From an uncultured virus (IMG/VR IMGVR_UViG_3300021197_000882) (lineage: Duplodnaviria > Heunggongvirae > Uroviricota > Caudoviricetes), in IMG/VR virus record IMGVR_UViG_3300021197_000882: DNA of 28,107 bases. One strand, written 5' to 3'. The translations under genes and the position numbers were made by a program. Of the stretch, positions 8,049 to 17,554 are shown one piece after another (position 1 is the stretch's first letter; every line of letters begins with the position of its first letter). The notes beneath the pieces were generated by a model that was not told where the DNA came from, searched no databases, and saw only the letters and a list, made by a program, of their open reading frames with translations.

Positions 8049-10088
8049 TTGAACTGGTTAGAAATACTCAAAGAAGATTTTTTACCTATTACTAGGGTAA
8101 AAGTTTTGGCTAGAACACTGGTTAGAGAACAAATCTTTGATGAGTTTTATCAAGATTTTAAAAATTCTAACAAAGACAGTAGAGAGGCTAAACAATTTTC
8201 TAGGTTTTTAGATAATCTTTCCGGAGATAACCCAAATAGAAAAACTTTGTTTGATGAAATAGATAAATTTTCTGAAAAAAGAGGAAAAGACCCTAGAGAA
8301 GCCAAGAAAAGACTTGAAAAATTAATGTCTTTGAGGATATCTCGCCCAACTAAAACAAAAGACCCCTTAATGGATATAATTACTAGGCTTCATGACACTA
8401 CTAAAGAGGTAGAGAGAGCAAAAAGGAAACCGGATGGGGCTAGTGATGAACTGTTAGCGCAACAAAGCCAGTTAAGAAAAGAAACTGAAGAGTTTTTGAC
8501 AAAAACTACACAATTTCCACTAACAGGAAAGGGCGGAAAGTGGAATAGATACCCCGATGCACAGAATATGTGGCAATATATTACTACTAGACAGCAAAAA
8601 CCATACTTCACTATAACTCCATACAAGGGAAATGAAGATATAGTCGATGAATTTGCAGAAATGATAGATTCAGACAATAAAAACGGTAAATTATACAAAA
8701 AAACTGGACAATTTACCGGATTTAATGAATTAATTAAACTAATTAACTCAAATCCGTCTATTTTGGAGTATTACAATGAAAATATTAGAAAACTTACAAT
8801 AAAATTAGTAAAAGATGAGTCTAGTTCTACATTAGACAAAGATGCTCTAAGAATGACAAGAGATAAACTATCAGGAATACAATATACCGTAAAAACCTTC
8901 ACTGAAGCCACTATTGACGAGTACATAGAGACTATAAATGAAGCAGTTTCCGGTAATAAATCTGCTTTTATACCAAATGACCCTCTGATTAAGAATTATG
9001 TTATGATTTCCGGCATGGGTGATTCTTTGCTTATGTCTCCTATAGCAAAAACCATAATAAGTAGCGAATTTGGTAAAGAATGGGTAGATGAACTTAGCCT
9101 AAAGATTAGAAATGAGAATCTTTTTAGCGATTATGCCATAGAAAGAAAGTTAATTGATGAAATATACCAAACTTTACAACAAGGAAAGACTGAATACCAA
9201 GGAATAGACCTATCAGAGTATGATTTTGAGGGAAGTGAAACACGAAAGAAGCGAAAAATCACCGATTTAGTTAAAAATAGGAAGAATCCCAGTAGGCTAA
9301 GTATGGGTTTTAAGCGTCTAAAAGAGCAAAATAGGGCTAATTTACCCGTATATTTAAGGAATAATCCTAGTATTTCGGAGGCAAAAATCATTGAAAATGA
9401 GTTATCTGACCTATATAATGTGGTATATTTTAATGGTAAAGAGGAAAACAACAAACCTACTAATCAAAGGGATAGTAAAGGGCAGATAATAATGGCCAAT
9501 ACCGAGGATGGGGCTACTCATGCTCAAATATATGATAAGGACAACCCAACAGAAGTAATAGAACTGAAAGATATTGATGTTGAATTGACGGATATTGGAG
9601 AACAAAGAACGGAAGGAGGTAGAAAATTCAACAATCCGTCTTTAATTACATTAAGAGAGATAAGTGGGCTAAATAACAGTATGTTTGCTGAATATCTTCT
9701 TGGTATATCCGAAACAAAAGGTCTTATGGAAATAGTTAGGACTTTTGATATCGAAGCAACTATCCCTAATTTAAGCATGAATGAATTTTTAGGTTTTATA
9801 GGCCTTACCGCAGAAGTAGTCGGAGCAGACGGACTACTATCTGCATATGAAGAACTAGATGATAAAGGAGATATAGAGGTAGCCAAGCAAATTGAAAAGG
9901 ACATACCTCAGATACTTAACAATTTAAAAACAGAAATAATTAGTGATTTTCAAAAGCATGTAGAGTTGTTTGCTAAAAACTATACCGGAGGAAAATTTAA
10001 ATTAGGAAGGGGAGGCTCGACTAAAGCAAAAGAGGCTTTAGAGGCTCTATCGGATGAAGGAGTCGGAATACTACGGAGGAATATGTAA
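8049..10088 (+). CDS. Large WxxILK-tagged hypothetical protein (candidate internal virion protein)
   Basis: TTG start after GGGAGTGG, NWLEILK; 679 aa, charged and helical, no recognisable motif. Confidence 0.75.
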   Translation: MNWLEILKEDFLPITRVKVLARTLVREQIFDEFYQDFKNSNKDSREAKQFSRFLDNLSGDNPNRKTLFDEIDKFSEKRGKDPREAKKRLEKLMSLRISRPTKTKDPLMDIITRLHDTTKEVERAKRKPDGASDELLAQQSQLRKETEEFLTKTTQFPLTGKGGKWNRYPDAQNMWQYITTRQQKPYFTITPYKGNEDIVDEFAEMIDSDNKNGKLYKKTGQFTGFNELIKLINSNPSILEYYNENIRKLTIKLVKDESSSTLDKDALRMTRDKLSGIQYTVKTFTEATIDEYIETINEAVSGNKSAFIPNDPLIKNYVMISGMGDSLLMSPIAKTIISSEFGKEWVDELSLKIRNENLFSDYAIERKLIDEIYQTLQQGKTEYQGIDLSEYDFEGSETRKKRKITDLVKNRKNPSRLSMGFKRLKEQNRANLPVYLRNNPSISEAKIIENELSDLYNVVYFNGKEENNKPTNQRDSKGQIIMANTEDGATHAQIYDKDNPTEVIELKDIDVELTDIGEQRTEGGRKFNNPSLITLREISGLNNSMFAEYLLGISETKGLMEIVRTFDIEATIPNLSMNEFLGFIGLTAEVVGADGLLSAYEELDDKGDIEVAKQIEKDIPQILNNLKTEIISDFQKHVELFAKNYTGGKFKLGRGGSTKAKEALEALSDEGVGILRRNM

Positions 10089-12664
10089 TGACAAAAATAG
10101 AGAGTGGTGGCATAGCCGTAGAAGTGGGCGAAGAAGATTTGAAGACCATAGCAGGAATTACTGCTAAAGGAAAGAGAAGAAGAAAGGAAACTGAAATCAT
10201 AGAACAATGGAGTAAACAGTATCTTGAGCAAAACAAGGTAGATAGAACAGACAAAAATTATCTAAAAGATAGAAAGTTGTTTAAAGAGGCTCTAGGAAAC
10301 ACCTTAGAAGACCTAGAATCAAGTGAAGAAGTTATTGATGTCGCAAGTATAGAAGAACAAGTAAATAACTATTCAAGGCAACTAATGTTAGAAGGCAGAA
10401 GGGGCAGACCTATTGAGGCAAGAGATATAGTAAGTAGGAGATTGCCCGAAGATTTCAATATTACTGCTAGTAAAGAAGTTCAAGACCGAGTAAAAATAGG
10501 AATAGAAAAAAGACTGGGCATGGGTGCCTTTGGCTCTAATAAAATAGCGCAGGATAATCTTTTATTTATTTTAGAACGAATAGAAGAAGTTGAGGCCGAA
10601 CCAAAACAGAGAGAACTAAAATATCCTTTAGGTGAACTTATGGGAGCAGTCGATGTTTCTAAAGGAGAGACTAGAAAGAAAGTCTACAAGTTTTGGGCTA
10701 ATGTAGTAAAAGAAAAGGAAGGAGTTTTTTTACAATCCTTGGAAGATTTATCTCAACTACTAAAACAATTAGATAATGAAGAGGCTAATAAATTTATTTC
10801 TAGATATGATTTGGATGGTGGAGATTATACACAGTTTGTTTATATTGCTGACTTTCCCTTTGCTGATGTTCTAGTAGCAGATGCCGGAGCAAGGTTTATT
10901 CTTCTGTTGATTAGAATTATGCAAGCACAAGGATTGTATGATAAAATATCAGAAATGAAAGATACTCCCGAAGAAAGACAAAGAGAAGAAAATATTTCCG
11001 GAGGAAAACAAGAGGCTATGGAACAGGCGTTTCTAAATGCCGTTGGTTCGGATAGTCAATATACAGGGGCTACTATATCAGAAGATGATTTGAATTCTGC
11101 TTCGGAGGAATTTGAAGAATTGCCAGCCTTTATGGAAAAAGCAAAATCTATTCCTGCTAAAGCAGACCCTTTGTTAGTATGGGAAAACAGTAGAAATGTA
11201 AAACTGGTAGCGATAATAAAAAAGCACTATGATATTCTAAAGACATACTTAGAAGGGGCGTTGGCTCAAGATGATTTAACTTTCAGTGTTAGAGGAAATG
11301 TTAGTAGATTACTAGACGAATTGGAAGATACTCTAGCAATAGAAGGAATAGAAGAAAACCCCGAAGGGGAGAATTCTACTTTCCCATTTGCTTTACCTCT
11401 TTCTGTTCTAGCGGATAAATCATTTTATGTTGTCTATGGCAGAATGGAAAAAGGATTTTATCCGTTATCTACTCGAGATGGAGGACAGAGGGTAAATTTA
11501 GACTATGATAAAACAATAGACTATGATAATATGAATTTTATTAAAGAGTTTTTCAATGACCTTGCTTCTTTAGTTTTAGTTTCCGATAAGAAATCATTCC
11601 CTCAAGGTGCTAGAGAAGCAGTAGGGGTAAGAGCCACTAGGGGACAAGATAAGACCATTACTGATTTTAAGGACACTCAAAGAGGTTCAGCGATACAATC
11701 TTATGCTAAAGACACGGCGTATAAACCAACACCTCCAAAACTAGAAAGCACTTTTAAAGAAGGAGAGGCAAAAGAAGTAGTTAAAAAATTCTTCAAGGCA
11801 GCAGAAGAATACTACTACGAGCCAATGAATAAAGGAATGCTTCCAGTTTCAGTTCCTTCTTTCTATAATGCAGTCGGTGGTAAAGTAGTAAAGGAAATAA
11901 ATAAACTGTTAGGTAATTCAACGGGAATCACTAGCCCATTCTTTAGAAGCACTAGAAGATTCGAAAAAATTACACCTAACGATTTTAGAAATATAATAGA
12001 TTATTTAAAAGACTATCAAGACATTGACACCAATGTTACTAATGATTTAATTACCGCAGGTAAGAGAGCAGCAAAATCTCTTAAAAAGTTCGGAGTAGAA
12101 TCAAGCGATGCTCTAGGTTTTATTTCTTTATTGTTATTTAATATCATGGACGAAACTCAAGACTTTAGTAAAAAGAATAGAAAAATAAAAGGTAAGACTA
12201 TAGAAGAAAGAGCAAATGAAACTAGAACGGGTTCTTCTTCATTTAAGTTGGATTTCATAAATACTCTAGAAGAAAAACAAAGTCTGTTTGCCGGAGGAAG
12301 CAGGGAAGAAAGTAAAAGAAGAGAGGCTTATTTCGAACTAATGGAATTGCTAAGAAATAGTGTAAAAGAAGACTCCCCCGTTACTATTGGTAAAATGATT
12401 AATAAAAAACTACTTAATGCTCATGATGTTATTAGAAAGGCATTAGGAAAAGAAACTGTATATGGTTTCTTGCCTTTGACTTTTGATAGTGTAGACCTAA
12501 TGATAGAGAAGATGCACAAAGAAGAAAATTTAGATTTAAGTCACATGGAAGTAGAAAGTATTGTTAAGTCAATTGATTCTCATGATTCCATAGGTAGAGA
12601 CTATGGCATAACTGCTGACCATGTATATTTAATTAAGGCTAGATTTAGACAAAGGGTTTGGTAA
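10088..12664 (+). CDS. Large hypothetical protein (858 aa)
   Basis: Long ORF, TAATG overlap with the upstream gene, GGAGGA RBS; no motif recognised. Confidence 0.75.
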   Translation: MTKIESGGIAVEVGEEDLKTIAGITAKGKRRRKETEIIEQWSKQYLEQNKVDRTDKNYLKDRKLFKEALGNTLEDLESSEEVIDVASIEEQVNNYSRQLMLEGRRGRPIEARDIVSRRLPEDFNITASKEVQDRVKIGIEKRLGMGAFGSNKIAQDNLLFILERIEEVEAEPKQRELKYPLGELMGAVDVSKGETRKKVYKFWANVVKEKEGVFLQSLEDLSQLLKQLDNEEANKFISRYDLDGGDYTQFVYIADFPFADVLVADAGARFILLLIRIMQAQGLYDKISEMKDTPEERQREENISGGKQEAMEQAFLNAVGSDSQYTGATISEDDLNSASEEFEELPAFMEKAKSIPAKADPLLVWENSRNVKLVAIIKKHYDILKTYLEGALAQDDLTFSVRGNVSRLLDELEDTLAIEGIEENPEGENSTFPFALPLSVLADKSFYVVYGRMEKGFYPLSTRDGGQRVNLDYDKTIDYDNMNFIKEFFNDLASLVLVSDKKSFPQGAREAVGVRATRGQDKTITDFKDTQRGSAIQSYAKDTAYKPTPPKLESTFKEGEAKEVVKKFFKAAEEYYYEPMNKGMLPVSVPSFYNAVGGKVVKEINKLLGNSTGITSPFFRSTRRFEKITPNDFRNIIDYLKDYQDIDTNVTNDLITAGKRAAKSLKKFGVESSDALGFISLLLFNIMDETQDFSKKNRKIKGKTIEERANETRTGSSSFKLDFINTLEEKQSLFAGGSREESKRREAYFELMELLRNSVKEDSPVTIGKMINKKLLNAHDVIRKALGKETVYGFLPLTFDSVDLMIEKMHKEENLDLSHMEVESIVKSIDSHDSIGRDYGITADHVYLIKARFRQRVW

Positions 12665-12666
12665 TT

Positions 12667-13191
12667 ATGGCTGTAACTATTTCAAATCAATTGTATTCCG
12701 AAGAGGACATGCTTAGGATTTGGAATGGCTACTGGACTAATAATAATAAAGCGTATCTAAAGTTACCTAGAAGGCAGAGGGCAACTATTAAAACTACCTT
12801 GTCTGCTGTCAATCCAATGTATTTTATTTCTTATGATGGAGAAGTCCCTGTTGCGTATAGTGGTATTGAGGATAACGGTTTATTTTATGCAAGTGCCGGA
12901 ACTTATGTTATTCCTGAATATGAAAATCAAGGGGTTGCTGGAGAATTAGTGAATAAAAAAATGAAAAAGTTTGGTTCAAAACCTGCAATTACTTTCATTA
13001 ATAATCTAGAGCCTTATTGGAAAGGGTTTTTTTTAAGAAGAGGGTGGCAAGTAGTTGATATGAACGATTTACCTAAGACTATTCCTAGAGACATAGTTCA
13101 AAAAGAAATAGATGCTTATGGTGAAGATAATGTTTTAATCTATAATAATGTAGTTACTAAGGCTTGGCATTCAATTTTAAAGAGATGGTAG
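12667..13191 (+). CDS. GNAT-family N-acetyltransferase with C-terminal tag KAWHSILKRW
   Basis: YVIPEYENQGVAGELV matches acetyl-CoA-binding motif A (V.P.Y[RQ].xG.[AG]); also PVAYSGI strand and N....GFFLRRGW motif B. ATG 12667 preferred over TTG 12658. Confidence 0.7.
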   Translation: MAVTISNQLYSEEDMLRIWNGYWTNNNKAYLKLPRRQRATIKTTLSAVNPMYFISYDGEVPVAYSGIEDNGLFYASAGTYVIPEYENQGVAGELVNKKMKKFGSKPAITFINNLEPYWKGFFLRRGWQVVDMNDLPKTIPRDIVQKEIDAYGEDNVLIYNNVVTKAWHSILKRW

Positions 13192-13192
13192 T

Positions 13193-14617
13193 GTGGATAT
13201 AGAGGCTTTAAATTTTGAACACCAAATGGATATGGAATTATCTAAAAACTCATTTCCATACTTCTTTCAAAATGTATTAGGTTGGGAGTTTGCTAAACAT
13301 CAAGAAGAGTGGCTAGAACTTATGGGAGATACTCAAAGAACTGTTATTATTTGTTCGAGAGGTCACGGTAAATCAGTATTTATGCACGCTTGGGTAGTAT
13401 GGAATTTGATATTTCAAGAACCACCATATCAAATGCTATACATTTCTTCTAACCAAAAGCAGACTATGGTTCACATGAGAGACATAGATAAACTATTCAA
13501 CAATCCTTTGCTTAAAAAATTTAAACCCGCAAGAGGTTGGGCTATTGGAAACATTACTTTGACAAACGGTAATCAAATTTTAGAGCGTTCCGTTGGTTCA
13601 CAGATTCGTGGTCTTCACCCTCAAGAGATTATTATTGACGACCCTTTGAAAGAGTTTAGTATAAGCGGAATTCAAAAAGTAACTGATTGGTTTTATGGTG
13701 ACATGATACCTACTCTTCACCATTCAGCATCGTTAAGAGTTATAGGAACACCATTTAGTTATACAGATATATACGCCCAACTTTCAGAAAATCAAGCATA
13801 TACTCTTAGAACCTATCCTTGCCTTAATGCGCTCAATGAACCATTATGGCCTAATAGATGGGACTATGATTCACTTATGGCTAGAAAGGCGGAAGTAGGG
13901 ACATTAATGTTTACAAGAGAGTATATGTGTGTACCTATTTCTACTGGTACTTCGCTATTTAATCCTGAATATTTGGAAGCAGCCAAGAATAGTAGTTTTG
14001 TTTTGAGGCCACTAAAAAGAGAAGGCTACAAATATTTTGTTGGTATTGACCCTGCCATTTCTACTGATGGAGACTACAATGTAATCACAGTTATTGAAAT
14101 GGATGAAGAAGAAAACAAATCAATCATTTATGTAGATAGAGCAAAGAATGTAGAGTTTAGAGAAAATATACAAAAAGTAAAACTAATCAATCAAGTTTTT
14201 AGACCCGAAGCAATACTCTTTGAAACAAATACTTTCGCTAAATCGTTTACACAAGAACTACGACAAGTGGCTGATATAAACTTACATGATTTTAATACTA
14301 CTAGAAAAAAGAAACAGGAAATAATTTTAAATTTACAGATGAGTTTAGAAAATAAAAAAATGAACTTTCCTTATGGTAATGAAGAAAGTAGGAGAGTTAC
14401 TTCTGCTTTAATCGAAGAGTTGTCTATGTTTGCCATTACTGAAAGAGGTAAGTTTGAAGGAGTCGGCGCACATGATGACATGGTTATGAGTTTAGCATTA
14501 GCAAACGCCGCTACTTACCAAAGTTCAGATAAATTCATACTCTTGGACAATATGGGATTATTTGATGACCCTAAACCTAACCGTAATTCGGGTGGATTAT
14601 TAGGACTAAATTTTTGA
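13193..14617 (+). CDS. terL: Terminase large subunit
   Basis: Walker A SRGHGKS, Walker B IIIDD, coupling motif VIGTP, RNase H-like nuclease VGIDPA and HDDMVMSLALA. Confidence 0.95.
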   Translation: MDIEALNFEHQMDMELSKNSFPYFFQNVLGWEFAKHQEEWLELMGDTQRTVIICSRGHGKSVFMHAWVVWNLIFQEPPYQMLYISSNQKQTMVHMRDIDKLFNNPLLKKFKPARGWAIGNITLTNGNQILERSVGSQIRGLHPQEIIIDDPLKEFSISGIQKVTDWFYGDMIPTLHHSASLRVIGTPFSYTDIYAQLSENQAYTLRTYPCLNALNEPLWPNRWDYDSLMARKAEVGTLMFTREYMCVPISTGTSLFNPEYLEAAKNSSFVLRPLKREGYKYFVGIDPAISTDGDYNVITVIEMDEEENKSIIYVDRAKNVEFRENIQKVKLINQVFRPEAILFETNTFAKSFTQELRQVADINLHDFNTTRKKKQEIILNLQMSLENKKMNFPYGNEESRRVTSALIEELSMFAITERGKFEGVGAHDDMVMSLALANAATYQSSDKFILLDNMGLFDDPKPNRNSGGLLGLNF

Positions 14618-14626
14618 GGTGAGAGG

Positions 14627-15985
14627 ATGAATCTAACGATAGATGAACTAGAAGACGCCGAAGAACAATTTGGTAGGCTGAAGGAATTAAGCCAACAAGA
14701 AGAAGAGATAATAGAAGGCCTTCCCGAAGATATTGAGGTTTCAAAACTATTATCTACAGATTATGTCATGTCCGAAGTAGAAGAATTAACTCTTATTTCA
14801 AAAACCTATTCTATTAATGCCAGTGAAGCAAAAAAAATAATGAATGTTTTTCCCAATGAATATATTATTCATGAACAAAATGTACCGGAACTGGTAAAAA
14901 AAATGAGAAACAATAGAAGACAACTAAAAGGTAATCTAAGAGAAAATATGACGAAGGCGATTGATGTTGTTATAGATGCATATAGTGAACATATAGGAAA
15001 ATCAATTGATAGTATCTATTGGCTATCACCTTACAAAGAAGTGTTTAGAAAAATGAGATTTTCCGAGAAAGATTTAGCCAAACTAAATAAAATGAAAGAT
15101 TTAGAATCTAGAAGAAATGTAGTAGATTCTCTCTGTAAATATTGGGAAGCAGAACTAGATAGAGAAGGCATGGCCTACTCAAAGGAGTATAGCGTCTTAT
15201 CTAAAAATATGTCAACTGCGAAAAAAGAGTTCAGAAAATGCTTGAAGGCAGTTGCTATTCAAACTCTAAACAAAAGTAAGAAACAAAGGCAGTTAGAGTT
15301 TATAGAATATACAATAACAAAACATCAAGGAATAACAGCAAAAGGAATACATGAAAAAATGCCTAGTGATATGTTTCATATTACTAATCCTAATATTATA
15401 TCTAAGTCTATTAAAAAGTTAGAAATCGCTTCAAGTGACGGATGTTATTACAAAGTTCCTTCTCTTATTAAAAAGAATATTTGGGCTTATACTGCGGCAT
15501 TTATTGACTCGGATGGCTATATTACTTTAGATAGAAATATGAATCCTAGAGTTGGGTTAGTGGCTACTGGTGAAAGAGGAAAGGTATTTATGAAAGAAAT
15601 GCATAAGTCAATTGGTTTTGGAAGAATGCACTTAGACCAAAAATCACCGCAAGATACTAGGCTAATTAACCGTCTAAATTTTTATTCTCAAGCAGATGTC
15701 AGTGAACTATTAACTAAATGTTTACCACACTTTAGATTAAAGAAAGGTAATGCTAAATTACTGTTAGAATTAATTCGTATGAAGAAGTCATATAAAAAAG
15801 CAGAATGGTATAAACCTAGATGCGATGAAATTTTCAAGTTAATGAAATGGGAAAACCATAGAGACCATGTTGGTTTTGATTGGCTAAAAGAAGGAATATA
15901 TCTTGACGATATTCAAAAATATAAAGACAACTGTAAAATATCTGTTATGGATGAACTAGAAAACATCGGAGGAATACTGGCGTGA
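14627..15985 (+). CDS. LAGLIDADG-domain protein with long N-terminal helical extension
   Basis: WAYTAAFIDSDGYI at 15482-15523, then a typical LAGLIDADG scaffold (FMKEMHKSIGFGRM...LLTKCLPHFRLK); GAGGTGA RBS. Confidence 0.8.
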   Translation: MNLTIDELEDAEEQFGRLKELSQQEEEIIEGLPEDIEVSKLLSTDYVMSEVEELTLISKTYSINASEAKKIMNVFPNEYIIHEQNVPELVKKMRNNRRQLKGNLRENMTKAIDVVIDAYSEHIGKSIDSIYWLSPYKEVFRKMRFSEKDLAKLNKMKDLESRRNVVDSLCKYWEAELDREGMAYSKEYSVLSKNMSTAKKEFRKCLKAVAIQTLNKSKKQRQLEFIEYTITKHQGITAKGIHEKMPSDMFHITNPNIISKSIKKLEIASSDGCYYKVPSLIKKNIWAYTAAFIDSDGYITLDRNMNPRVGLVATGERGKVFMKEMHKSIGFGRMHLDQKSPQDTRLINRLNFYSQADVSELLTKCLPHFRLKKGNAKLLLELIRMKKSYKKAEWYKPRCDEIFKLMKWENHRDHVGFDWLKEGIYLDDIQKYKDNCKISVMDELENIGGILA

Positions 15986-16128
15986 ATGCAGAAGAGTGGG
16001 TAATTAGTAAACAGAAACTACAGTTCAAGTATTGTGGTAGATGCTTTACTGTTAAAGATGTTCATCCATTCGGATTTTGTAAAAAGTGTTGGGAGCAAGC
16101 CGGTAAGCCCAAGGGGATGAAAGCATGA
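15982..16128 (+). CDS. Small CxxC-x11-CxxC zinc-finger protein, 48 aa, missing from the ORF track
   Basis: GTG start after GGAGGA: MNAEEWVISKQKLQFKYCGRCFTVKDVHPFGFCKKCWEQAGKPKGMKA*; GTGA/ATGA overlaps at both ends. Confidence 0.75.
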   Translation: MNAEEWVISKQKLQFKYCGRCFTVKDVHPFGFCKKCWEQAGKPKGMKA

Positions 16129-16502
16129 GTTGGCAGGACATATTGAAAAAGAAAAAGAAGCGTAAAACAAGTCCTTGCTGTTATAGAAAGGTAAGTGTTA
16201 GATATAAAGGTGGAAATTCTGCATACAGAAGTGGTGCTTTTGTAGCGTGTGATAAAGTAGGTTGTGAAAATTGGGGTAAATCTGTAAAAAAGGCTAATCC
16301 TTTGAAAACATGGTTTGAACAATCGGCTAGAGGCGAAAAAGGAAAACCGAAAGTAAAGGGTTGGGTTTCTTGCCAATCATGTGAAGATGATAAAGCAGGA
16401 GCAAAACCTTGTGGAAGAAAAGATGCTTCTAAAGGAACTAAACAAAGATGTAGACCTACTTGTGCGGCTTGTAAAACCTATAAGAGAAGAAAGGGGAAAT
16501 AA
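16125..16502 (+). CDS. WxxILK-tagged basic Cys-rich protein
   Basis: MSWQDILKKKKK. The segments CYRKVSVRY..SAYRSGAFVACDKVGCENWG and LKTWF..GWV..KPCGR..RCRP recall small basic domains of marine phages (from memory). Confidence 0.75.
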   Translation: MSWQDILKKKKKRKTSPCCYRKVSVRYKGGNSAYRSGAFVACDKVGCENWGKSVKKANPLKTWFEQSARGEKGKPKVKGWVSCQSCEDDKAGAKPCGRKDASKGTKQRCRPTCAACKTYKRRKGK

Positions 16503-16503
16503 A

Positions 16504-16716
16504 ATGTCTTGGACTAGCATTCTCAAAAGACCTAGACAAATGGGTGTCAGATTCAAAGTGGATGGTAAAAACTATCAATTAATGGACGAACAGTTGCAGG
16601 AACTTAAAAGAGAAATGAAAGACCCTTATTTACAAGGAAATAATAAAGATAGAATTAAAAGAATAGCCCTGAGAAGAGTAATTAGAAAGTTCGGCCTACA
16701 ACCCAAATCATTTTAG
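16504..16716 (+). CDS. WxxILK-tagged small basic protein (70 aa)
   Basis: Start reassigned from 16381 to ATG 16504 (MSWTSILK), after AGGGGA and just after the previous stop. Confidence 0.75.
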   Translation: MSWTSILKRPRQMGVRFKVDGKNYQLMDEQLQELKREMKDPYLQGNNKDRIKRIALRRVIRKFGLQPKSF

Positions 16717-16726
16717 AGATGATGAC

Positions 16727-17545
16727 ATGACTTGGATTAGCATTCTAAAACAAACCGCATTGGTTGGTAGAGATGCTAGAAGTCCTAATATTTGGCTACA
16801 TAGAAAAGCCACCACTAGAAACTTAGGAAGGCCAATGACATCTAAATCTACTAAACTATCAACCATTCCTGTTCAAGTCCCTACTGAAAAGTTTGAAGAG
16901 TATTATAGTTTCTTTGCTGATTTTTATTCTAGAGGTGGTTGGGAAATGTATTCTCAAGGAAGCCTACAACAAGGTCTAACTAATGATTCTGTTAAAAGAG
17001 TGCTAAAAGATTTTGAAAGAGGGAATATAAAAGTAGATAGAAAATACTCTAAAGGCTTAGATGAAGTCACAGAAAAAGCCTTAGAAAATACCATACAGAT
17101 GATGAAGAAAACTGCTGAACTACTAATGGTAGGTAGCAGAAGTAGAATTAGAGAAGGTCGAGATTTAATGAGATATGCTAAACAATTAGAAGAATCTTAT
17201 GATAAGGGTATTTTAAAACACATGGATATTCTTAAAGGAAGAAGATGGTTTAGTAGTAACTATTCTTTAGCAAAATCTACTCTACTAGAAGTAGTAGAAT
17301 CTATACCAATAGGCCAAACATTTGATATTAAAACAGAAAAATTCAAAAATAAATTCAAAGAACAATTGCTTAAAAATGGAGTTCAGCAAAAGGTAATAGG
17401 TACTCTCAAGAATAAATTAGATAGATGGATGAAGGCTGTAGGAAGTAGGATTGTTACTAATTCTTCTTTGGCAGAAAGAGCCTCTAACACAAGGGCAGGA
17501 ATCAACAATACTCGTCAAGCAGTAATAGAACATATCAGAGTATAG
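16727..17545 (+). CDS. WxxILK-tagged basic protein with internal GILKHMDILK
   Basis: Starts MTWISILK; internal tag-like segment near 17207-17235. Confidence 0.75.
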   Translation: MTWISILKQTALVGRDARSPNIWLHRKATTRNLGRPMTSKSTKLSTIPVQVPTEKFEEYYSFFADFYSRGGWEMYSQGSLQQGLTNDSVKRVLKDFERGNIKVDRKYSKGLDEVTEKALENTIQMMKKTAELLMVGSRSRIREGRDLMRYAKQLEESYDKGILKHMDILKGRRWFSSNYSLAKSTLLEVVESIPIGQTFDIKTEKFKNKFKEQLLKNGVQQKVIGTLKNKLDRWMKAVGSRIVTNSSLAERASNTRAGINNTRQAVIEHIRV

Positions 17546-17554
17546 GTGACTTAA

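Noticed and set aside
14627..15985. Intein or intron splitting the terminase
   Set aside because: TerL is complete with its own stop, and the LAGLIDADG ORF has its own RBS and no Cys/His-Asn splice motifs.
16381..16503. Longer starts in the ORF track (519, 2729, 4011, 4664, 16381, 18111)
   Set aside because: Downstream ATGs have better RBS spacing, avoid long overlaps and place the tag at the N-terminus.
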